From the NCBI GenBank assembly GCA_050575255.1, contig JBNZDD010013729.1:12539576-12603575 (forward strand): 64,000 nucleotides of DNA, read 5' to 3'. This DNA comes from Harriotta raleighana. Its lineage: Eukaryota. Made by a program: the position numbers and the translations under genes. Each line of letters begins with the position of its first letter. Within the stretch, counting starts at the first letter, position 1. A model generated the notes under the pieces. It made no database searches and was not told the DNA's origin. It saw only the letters and a list, made by a program, of their open reading frames with translations. Below, piece after piece: positions 25,620 through 36,900 of the stretch.

Positions 25620-25810
25620 CCCCTGGCCGGACCCTCACACCCCGCGCGCGGCAGGTCCTGTCCCGTGACTGACTCACGTCAGGCGACGAACTCCCGCGTC
25701 ATCACGTGACAGACCGGCCGGCCGGCCCCGCCTGAGCCAGGCCCCGCCCCCCCACCCGCGGCTTTTCCTGGAGACAGCGACGTCACTTCCTGGTGGAGGC
25801 GGGAGGACAG
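25620..25810 (-). promoter_or_regulatory. MFSD1 CpG-island promoter with CLEAR/E-box, GC box and CRE/ETS motifs
   Basis: CpG-rich; TCACGTGAC at 25702-25710, GCCCCGCCCC at 25741-25750, GACGTCACTTCC near 25779-25790. Confidence 0.7.
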
Positions 25811-25919
25811 AGGAGACAGTCGACAACAACAAGAACATTAAAACGACCAAAACACCCCCCCCCCCCCAAAAAAATGGTATATTCTGTGAAGCGCTTTGAG
25901 ACGTCTAGAAGATTTGAAC

Positions 25920-26037
25920 TAAACTCCACTCCCCCAGCCCTCACCAGACTGCGCTGACTCCCTGACCCGGAGAGGATCGATTTCCACAACCTTCCTCGCT
26001 CGCTCTTGTGTTCAAATCCTTCCGCTCCTCTGCACCC

Positions 26038-26075
<38 letters not shown>

Positions 26076-26346
26076 NCCCCCCCCCCATCTCTCTCCTCAC
26101 AACAGCTCCCATTGCCTTCGCTCCCCCAGGTCTGGCCTCCTCCTTGTCCCCCGAATACTCCATTTCATCATCAGCGGCCGTGCGTTCCCTGAGTTTCTGG
26201 AGCTCTCCTCCTCACTCCCTCCGCCTCACCCCCTCTCTTCCTATTTTCAGGTCACAGCTAAAGACTTCGCCCACAGTCTCGGTCACCTTCCCCCCCCCCC
26301 CCCGCATCCATTATTGTGAAGCGCTCTGAGACGCCGTCCGGTGTGG
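25920..26346 (+). mobile_element. L2 LINE 3' fragment upstream of MFSD1
   Basis: Same 3' sequence as other copies (CCGGAGAGGATCGATTTC...GAAGCGCTCTGAGACGCCGTCCGG). Confidence 0.75.
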
Positions 26347-26658
26347 AGTGAGGGCGCGATGCATGCGGGACCAGCCAGCCGAGGAATCATCGGATGTAGT
26401 CGGAAGATGCCGGTGTCCTCACAAGTGCACATGCGCGCGGGGGACAGCTAGCGCGTATACAAAAGTTTTATGCGCGATGCGCAAACAAGTGATGCTTTTC
26501 TTCTGTCGCATATGCTCGAATTCACTATTGATAAAGTCGCGTTTGACAAGGGTTGACTGCACAATCAATTCACTTGATGGTATATCCTTTGAAGTGCTTT
26601 GAGGCGACTCGAAGATTTGAAAAGCGCTGTATCAAATATAAGGATTATTATTATAATA

Positions 26659-27042
26659 CAGTAAAAGCTTCATTATCTGGTACCCTCGGGACCTGCCCGT
26701 TGCCAGTTAATTAAAAATGCCGGATATTCGAGAGGCAAGTTGCCGAAAATCCTTCACAAAAAACGAACTTATTTTAAAACATACCATATTAATAAGACAA
26801 AATAATAACAGAATTTTGTATGGATACTTACCAATAAAGCATTCTAGCACACTCGGTAAAATGATCGGTAAAATAAAAATTCCAATGTTCAGTAAATTTA
26901 ATAAGCGCAAAGTGAGCATATCACGAGTGTCCCGGGTAGCTACGGTATGAGATCCGGTTGCTGGAATGGTGAATTATACTGGGATATACTGGTTGGTTGA
27001 GCGTTCCGGTTGGTTGGGTGCCGGATAACCAAGCTTTTACTG
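26659..27042. mobile_element. Tigger-type MITE
   Basis: TA-CAGTAAAAGCTT...AAGCTTTTACTG-TA. Confidence 0.82.
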
Positions 27043-30000
27043 TACTGTGTTTTAATTCCTGATAACTCTGGCTCTGAATCCCTCTTGTGATTCTCCCTCT
27101 CTCTTTCCCCCCACCTCCCCCCTTTCCATGTAATGCTTACACTGTCACCCAGAGGTTTTCATGTGGACTCATCTTATTGTGTGGATAAACAAACATTGGC
27201 AAGAAAATCAAACAGAGATTGAAGATCATGCAGATAAAAATGAGAAACAAAACAACCAGAAGAGGGCACTAGCATGACCAAAGATAAGTCGATGATTATT
27301 TTAGACAGTGTCAAAATCATCTGGTCAATCACCAGGGCCATTTCAGCTAACACTGTTCACTTGGCGAGCCGCACTACACAGAATCGTTCCTACATTGCAA
27401 ATTTGCATTGCAAATCAGATATTTTGCCTTTCCCTAACATTTAATGAAAAAACAATCTGTGCCAATGATCTTCAAAATTTCTATGTTCTCTCTGCACCTT
27501 TTGCTTGCATGACATCTCAAACTACATTTTTGCAACTTATTTTAAATTTAATACATAGTAAAACAGTTTAAATATGACTTTGCTTTGCCAGATTACTCAT
27601 TGCTACTTGTGTGCTGTTACATGCATAAGTGAGTAAACGCATCTGGCTACTTTTACTAACTGAGCTGTCAAACTTAATGGGAACATCACTCATGCAATGC
27701 AGAATGCAGGTTTGAATATAAATCTTATAAAGATAGCTGATTTGAAGAAAAATACTGGTCATATATTAGTGCGATTTTAGAAACTAATGGGCGGACTGCC
27801 AAATATCCTGTAGACTGCCTGATGACACCATCGATTTATACTGCCCAGAACCAGGCCACTCGGCTCAATCAGTCCGTGTTGGTGTGTATACATACTCCAC
27901 AGGAGTAACACAAAGCATTATAAAGCACTTAACACAAAAATCTGTTTCTCTGTTCCATTGTATCGAGATTGTATCCTTTGCAAATGACTCTCTTTAATGC
28001 TAAGCAAAAGCATAACTGGGTACCATATTATCTGAAGTACAGCTTTCACCATCCTCAGTATTGTATGGTCCATATGGAATAACTGAATCCTGAGCTCCAT
28101 TAAACTTTATTCTCACAGGGTGGTGTTATCAGTGATTCAAAATGATACTACGATGATATTTACTGCTTGGATCTTTACACATGCATTAAATCATGTCGTG
28201 CATACCATTGAGTAAAAGAACTGTGATGTCCTCTACTATGAAAGCCAACATCTTAAAAAAATTATAAAGAACAGAAAGTACCAGAAAGGCATCAGTAACA
28301 GGCCGTGGTAATAAAAAAAAAGGACAGAGCTACTGGATTGGGTTTCTGCCCACTTATCCATGCACCATGTGCAGCTTTTATATTTTTTGGCTGTGCTGAA
28401 TTACAACACGTCTGCAAGATGGAAAAGTGCAATTATATTATTTATTTTTATGAATCCTCGGTGTCGATTGATTCAACATCCAAAAAGAGAACCTTGAGTT
28501 AATATTGTAACAAAACTAAGAAAGAACCTTTTGTAGGATCGTACTGGCAGTAGATGAACCGGAAAATTTAAGATAATAAAGAATGCTGATTCCAACAAGA
28601 ATGGAAGACTTTTCCAGTGACTTGGATTCCAATGTAAAACAAGTTTGTATCGCTCTAAACTCTGCAATGCAAAACGGTTGTTTTCAATCAGTTTCCATGG
28701 AATGCAAGTCAACAGCCTAAAATTATTCATAACTTGGCTCTGAAATTTAAGAAAATTTAATCTAGAATCCACAAGGATGGGCGTTATGGAAAATTGCTTT
28801 CCTGTCCTTTTGTCTGCCTTTTCCTTCGTATAAGCACTCAGCAAAATGAGTCATTGGAGTCTCTCATATCATATGTGGTTCAAAAAGCTGTGAAATTCTC
28901 AAGTTGCACCAAATTCCTTTTTAAAAAAAAGTACAATATAAAACTTCTGTATCACTCTCTTTCCCCATTTTAAAAGGTACAGTTGTTCTCTACCCCCTAC
29001 TCACTCCCTCCTTCCCCTCGCCCTGATCATTTCTCCCTGCTCGGGTCCTAAACCAACTGTCCAGCGCCTTGGGACATCCTCCCAACATGAAATGTGCTCT
29101 ATAAATGCAATCTTGTTGTTTTCCTCAACTTCAGAAATTTAGTCAGTGATAAATTTCAAATTTATTTAATCTTTGGACAGTCCTTAGTCAAAGTGTAGAA
29201 ATAAAATTACTAACAGCTTCTATACCGTTAATATACCATTATTTATGTATTTATTTCTTAACTATAACACCCTCAGATATATAACTTACAGTGTATGGTT
29301 CCATGAAAACAAAATATGAAAATCACAAACTCATGAAGATAATGGGACATGCCTCTCAAATTCCCAACTGGTTTTCTATCATTTTGAACTGAATTGAAAC
29401 CCGTGTCTGAAGGGAAAGGACAAAGTGCTGACTGTACCCAAAGTCGTCTTTATTACAGTATCTTCCTTATATATCCCAGGGTGAAGAAATTACTTGATCT
29501 TTCCTTCCTTGACACAAAGTGAAGTCACCGTGTATTTACAGGCAACATAGCCAAATTGGGCATCATGATGTGATGAGAAATTTATTTCAAGGATTGTTGG
29601 TCAAAACATCAGGAATTACTACTACTTTCTCTTTTCGGATAATGTTCATCTGACTATGCAGATGGAGTCTTGGTGTAATGCCCTAATTGACAAGGGCAGG
29701 CTTTATTACATATCAATTGGAAACCAGAACTGAAAATAATAATAATAATACTTGCAAAATCCAAAATACTGCAGATGTTGGAAATCTGAAACAAAAACAG
29801 AAATCTCGGGGAACACTATGAAGAAAGACGAGAATGAACGTTTTAGGTCCACGACCCTTTGTCTCATAATAATCCTTGTATTTGATATAACGCCTTTTCA
29901 TGTGGCTGAGACGTCTCAAAGTGCTTCATGGAATATACTGAAAAGTGAATTGACTGGGCGAAAAACAATAAATACATGATCTGATATAAGCAATTGGCAG

Positions 30001-30792
30001 TATTCCATTTGAAATACAGAAGACTATTTTAAATGATTTTAAAAATAGAAATCTTATTTTTAGAAAATACAATAAATACAAGGGCAATTGTAATGATACA
30101 TTGAATTATATGGTTTGTGGAAAATAAAACCCTGTTCAAATAAGTATATACATCATTGAATGTGATGTAATTTTTCAGTACAGAAAAAAAACATTAAAAT
30201 GTACAGAACACATGTGGTATACTTCGGGTCTGGATCAAGATTTCATATACAGTATATATAAATAGACTTTGCTTGGATCACAAATTCTGTACAATAATTC
30301 TGTTAAATGAAAAGAGTTGGGGCACAATAAGCTAATAGTTAAATCAAGTATGAGGTTACTTGAAGCTGACATGTATTTGTAGAAGAGTTCCTGAAAACGC
30401 TGCAGATTTTCTTTTATTCCCTAAAGACTTTTCAACTAGACATTGGGTTTGATAAAATGAAATCAAGTTGCTTTGGGGGCAAAGTGCTCAGATGAATGAA
30501 CATCATTCTTCCTGATGATGTTCAATGACTGCACCTGGACTGCCCAACAGAGATTTGCTGAGTGCAAAGTGATGCTTTCATTTTCTGAATACAGATTTTG
30601 CTCGAGTTTGCTATTTCTGACATAGTTTTCCATTCTACCAGTTGATACAATTAGACATGACTGCAATGTCAGTTGTTTGTTTGTGCTGCGCACCCAATTT
30701 TGCAGTCTCGCATGTTGTATTCTGAATATGGTTATCCATTTGTCTATTGTGGTGCTGAAAGTCCCCACAAGCAGCTGAGTATGGAATGATCT

Positions 30793-30924
30793 TTAGTTCT
30801 TGGCTTTGCCCTTTTTGACTGAAAGTTGACCTGTGGCTTCCAGGTATTTATTGACCAATTCATCCTGTGCACTGGGCAAACAGGGCTGATTCCTGCCGTA
30901 TTCCATAGTGTATTCACCTTTACC
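30793..30924 (-). CDS. GFM1: GFM1 exon 18
   Basis: [43 protein letters not shown]. Confidence 0.95.
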   Translation of the reverse strand, partial: GKGEYTMEYGRNQPCLPSAQDELVNKYLEATGQLSVKKGKAKN

Positions 30925-33900
30925 CTAGAAAACATCATTACAAACGCAATTAAATTACAATTAAGCTTGAAAATGTTTTTCTTTGTTCTGCAAATCATTT
31001 AAAAGATTTCACATCAATTTTTAACTTTTTTTTAAAAAGTGCATTTACTCTGCAAGTATTTAAAGAAGCTGAATGCAGTCAATATACCTCTGTGCAAGAA
31101 CGAAGTTCAGAAGCATATCCGAACATGTTGTTCAATGGAACCTGAAAAATAAAAAATACATTTTACAACTCTGACGGAATCTCTAGTGTCCCACACCAAT
31201 TTATTGTTCACCTTTGCTTGAAATTTAAGTATTTTATTTAAATAAAGGAGAAAATTAGATTGCTGAAAGAGTTAAACAGGAAGCAAATCTCAAGTAATAT
31301 TTTAGAAACAATATTTAAATTTTTTGCATAATTTATAATAATCCTGGCATTTGATATAGCGCCTTATCACATCGATGAAACATCTCAAAGCGTTTCACAG
31401 AATAAAGTGGATTGATCATATTGTGTGGAGGAAATTTTTAATTATAAACAAAGTTGTGATAGTGCGGGGTCACTTTCAACGGTATAAAACTGAACAAACT
31501 TAATACATACATCAGAGTAAAGTGTAAAGTATTCATTTGTTCCATCCTGACCAGTGATGACACCATGACGACGATTAATCCCAGCGATGACTATTCCCTG
31601 AAACTCACTCGGTGCTACCACTTCTACTGACATGATGGGCTCCAGAATAACCACATGGGCCTTTTCCATAACTGAGTAATGGAAACAAATCAATAAGTAA
31701 TCACTGCTTTGATAGATTTGCACCAAAACATTGCAATGATGTCAATACCGCTTGGATTGATCACAGCTCCAGAATTAGACTTTTAATAGATTAGAAAATA
31801 TTTTCCAACATTTATGTAACATAATTGGTATTAAATATTTGCAAGAAGAAATCATTTTAAATATCCTGGTTTTGATAACACAGTTTTGACACAAACAAAC
31901 GCACACATTGAAGTGCTTCCAGTATATCTAAAAAGATGTGCAATTTTGAATATTTGCATTGTCTGTATAGTTTGTATTACATTTTGCTAGGTTATGTGTG
32001 GAAATTTTGTACATTTCTTGGCAAGATGGTAAGAATTACGAATATTGCTTGCAATTCTAACCTACAACGATTTCACAAACCTTGTTTAACAGCACCCTCC
32101 CCAGCTCTGATGAAGGAAATTTCATTGGAGTCCACCATATGATTGGCACCATCTTGCAATACAAATCTTACACCAGAAATCTTATGACCTGTAAGGGGGC
32201 CTTTTTCACAAGCCTCAAGGAATCCCTGTGAAAGTAATATAGACCAAAAGATTTAAAAAACAAATATAATCTCACACACATTCCTAATTGCAATCCAGAC
32301 TTCCTGCTGAAGAACCAGATGTGGTCAATCAAATTAAGGCAGCAATTGGAAGCAATGCAAAACAACTGTTTTTCTTTGAAAGACGACATAAAGATTTCTT
32401 GCTCCTAAATTCAGCCCCACTTTTTTTTTTGGGGGGAGAAACAACTCCAATTGCAAGATCTATACCATAAAATCATTAATGCTGAGCAATGACGTTTGTG
32501 CTAGTGTCAAGGAGATATGGCATGGACCAGGGTGTGCATTACATTGCACACTGTCCTTTCACATCTAAGCCTCAAGCTACAAATAACATATTGTTTAGCT
32601 CCTTTACCTTTTCAATGGCTGGCACAAACTGCTTTGGTACATTTGTTCCTACAGTTCGATCAACAAATTCCAGCTTCGTGCAGTTTTCTGGCTCCAGAGG
32701 TTCCAGCACACCAATAACCTTGCCATACTGACCTGAACCACCAGACTGCTTCTTGTGGGTAAATTCAAAGCTAGAAACAAATTGCAAAAGAAAACCAGAC
32801 AAGTTAATTACGACTATTACAATTTAGTTCTTTATCTAACCCATAATATAAAATACATTTTATTTTTTGAAAAAAATATTAACTTTGTGGTTCAAGATAA
32901 ATGACCTATACAATACAAAAATGAATAGACTTGGAATAGTTGCAAGAGCTCAAAATCAACAACAGCAAAGTAACAAACAAGCCAACAATGTTTATTAAAT
33001 TGCTTATTTGTACTGCATAGCCCCAAACCTGGAGGAAGGTTTGGAAGACAGAACTGAAGGTTTCAAACATGATTTGCCCGTCTGCCATCTCATGAACAGT
33101 TAGTTCTCTGTAACTAGCCAGAGCCTGAGTATCTGCAGGGGTAACAATAACAAATGGCCTCTGCAATGTAAAAGTGGCATGAGTTTGGAACCAAACATTG
33201 CTCATTCAATCTTCTGTTCAATTGTGACTTAACTATATATTAATGCTGCTGGTACCCACCTCAACCGATTCCATTATAAAAGGAATGCCGATTAAATTAA
33301 GATGTGAACAGGCCACGCATCATCAAGTTTACTGCTGCTGGGACACACCTCGTCAACTGAATCCATTATAAAAGGAATGTGAATCACATTAGACTGGGAA
33401 TGGTATGTATCACACGTTTAATGTGATCGGTATCCAACTTTCCAGCTAATTCACCATGAGTTGAATGCAAATAAACTTACTCACTTATTTGGAATCAAAA
33501 ATGAGTTTGGTCAAACATAAATGAACACAAAGAAAGCATGGTAAATTGAAGGAGTTCCAAACCAAACGTTTTGTTTTTCTCTGTTATGCGGAGAGAAAAA
33601 AAAAGGGAACAGCTGAACTTCCTGTTATGCACTGAATATTTTGGGAAGAGTCAGATATACACAATAAAACGAATGATGGGAATGGGATTGTTGTTTGCGG
33701 CAAAATATATTCTTGTAACCATATAATCCCACACCTGAAGCTATCCCTCACTTTTGGTTGTAAACCAGCATCAACAAAGAACAAGAGAAATCTGTAACAC
33801 TGTAAGAGGCGATTTGGCCTATGGTATTTGTCAAAATTTATCTCCTCAAATTAATTAATCAATTTAGACCCTTCAATTTGAAGCAAAATGTGTTCAGCCC

Positions 33901-36900
33901 TATCCAATGGACTTCATTTTTTGTTTAAAACAACAATTGTTTACCATTTACAGGTGAATGTTTTGCAAACTTGCCAAAGTGCGAAGTAAACTAGTTTTGA
34001 AAGTAGTTTAAAAGAACAAAATCAGTTATAAACAAAGTGAAGTAGTGGGTTAGGATGTCCTTTGAGCTTTTCAGATTACTTCATGATCATTCCAAATGTA
34101 CTTCATATTTCTTATACTAATTTTACATCCTTTCTACTGCAGTATGAGAAATTAACAAGACTAACAATTCCATCCTTTTGTAACTAGTTATGAAATTAAT
34201 CTGCTCTAAAGAAATTCAAATAATCTGCACATTTATAAAGCCTTTCAGTCAAGTAAAAGTTTAAATATCTGTAATAACCACATATCCTAAATAGGTTGAG
34301 TCACTTTCTTGACTCAATACCTTATTATGTAAATCTTATCATCCTATATAATAAGAGTACAATACTACAAAATATTTAATCATGTTATATTTATATTTAA
34401 ATGCATACAATTAATAAAGACAAAGGTCATAAAAATTGATAAAAAAGTGCAGTGAATTTGCATCCTGCTCACTGGCAAGACATCAACAAATTAAAAAAAT
34501 GGAAAATTCATTTGAGAGAATTTAGCATGTAAACATGAACTTTGGCTCAAGTTCAGAAGTTAAAGGAAACCACATCTTTTTAGGAAGTGAAAAAAAACCA
34601 AGATTTATTAGATGAAGCCAAACGTCCATTCCAGAGCCTAGCACAACCACTGGCAGCTGAATTAGAGCAAAATCAGAAGTCAGAGTGTGTGTGGTAAAAT
34701 TCTAAAGATAAAGTCCATAAAACACCACAATCTCATCATTTATTTCCTGGAAAAAAAATCATTAAGGCTGGGAGGCAGCTGCACTCCTTACCTAACTACT
34801 GAAACTACTCCGTCCACAAAAGCAAAGGTTACTTGAAAAGTTTCCTTTTCAACTGGACTTGTTCACTCAAACATGTATTACGTAGGTTTGTGTTTCGTGG
34901 CTTGGTTCCTACCATTCGTATATGGAGAAACAAAAATGATAAACGACTCCAATGTCTCAAAATCAAACCTGGGATTTCGGAAAGCTGAACAAGCTGCAAG
35001 AGTGGCTGTACATTATCTGAACTATCAAGAAGGATCTCCCAATGCAGTTTATGACCTACATGAACTGAAGAATCATGACTCGGAGGTAAGAAACTTCCTT
35101 TTTTTAAAAAAGGAATACAGTACTTAAGAAGTGAGCAACTTCAAACTTTTGTATCCTAACAATGTATCAATCATGACCGACTTAATTGTGTTCTAAGTAA
35201 TACACATTATTTCACACACTGTACACATTTAAAACAGAAAATTCACTGTACCTCGTTGTCCTCTACATTAAGATTACAAAGTTGAAAATCACAATTTAGG
35301 TTGAACATTTCAAAAAACAAGCAGCGCAACAGAATTAAAATGCATGTCACATAAACGGAGATGGCAAACTCTTTTGTTTATGAGAACCTCACTGAATTGG
35401 AACCTGAACACATAAAAGCTTGTTAGAATTTCAACATAGTAACTTAGAAACAAATAAAAAAATATTTTAATGTCAATAATCAAACTTTAACAAAAGAAGT
35501 TTGCATTGTATTTTTGGGTTTCTGTTTTAGCCTACATGCTCAGTAATTCAACAGTAGTTTTTTCCTTTTAAACTTAATGAAAGATTGATGTACATATGGA
35601 AAACTATTGGTTTCAAATATTCAAAGCTTACAGTTATTCAGTTCAAAGTCAATTAAAGTGGATATCTGCACTTCATCCAGCTTAATTTTACTAAGAGTTA
35701 ATGAATTACATAACTGCCAAAATGCTTTGATTCCCACATGGATTACATTGTATATCCGGTATAGAAACCATTTTACAATTCTAATTCAGTCAATTTGGCA
35801 TCGAAGAACTTTCTCACACTGTTTCAAACCATAAGCATTAAGAATTTTAGTTTCATACAATGCCTCTTTAGAATGAAACCAAATGTTGCTCAATAAAACC
35901 ATAGCTCTGAGTTACCAGCTCAAACATTTTCTACAGGAAATGTTCACAAAAATCTTTCATAAACACATTTTAGGGTTAGAGAATCATTGGAACATTGGGT
36001 TAGCACATTGACTCTTGGAAATATGTTCAAATATAGTCTTGTGATGGTCTGGAAGTAGCTGTTATTTGCTGATTGTAAGAGTGCTAGGTGAAATCAGTAT
36101 TCAAAAAAAAGCAGAAAACAGCCATTTTTTGCATGCTCTCGGGATTAGTGATTTGCTGGACGTGAAGTTTTGCAAACATGAGGTTATAACAATAATAAAC
36201 TAAGTTATTTGCTGTGGGGGTTTTATTATGCTGTCAAAATGTATCAAAGAGCTTCTTAGAATTTGCTTAAAAATGCAGTTTCTGGCTACTGTATTTGTAG
36301 GAGAACCAATTATTCTCACATTTAATATACAAACGTATCAGAAGTTACCCTCAATGGTATAACAATGTCTCTGTGTAGTAAAATTACACCAGGAGTATCG
36401 GATCACTGTTTTGAAACTTTTATAAATTTACTACTTTAACAAACCTGATACTGTATTTGTTTCTTCAAACATAATACAAGTTAAATTGTAAACACCATTC
36501 TTAGTATTAAAACTCCTACCCCAACCCCTCCCCTTGCCCTCTTTCCCCCTTTCATTCCTGGCCCTCTCGCTTCCATGACTGTTTGTGGAACACTGCTGTG
36601 CGCAATTTGGCTGCCGCGTTTCGCCCACAAATATACAGTCAGTTTTTCCTGCTTTTCTTCCCCCGACCCCACCCCCCACTTGACTGTACAGCGCCTTGGG
36701 ACGTCCTCCTGACGTGAAAGGCGCTATATAAATATAATATATAAATAAAACAAACATCAAACAACAATAATTTGCTGCAATTATTGAATACAACAATTTG
36801 AATAATTGCTGAACACAATAATGTAAAACCATAATTTGAATAATTGCTGAATACCTTTCAATGGGTGATATTGAATGTTTTTTTCAACAGGTGATTCCAG

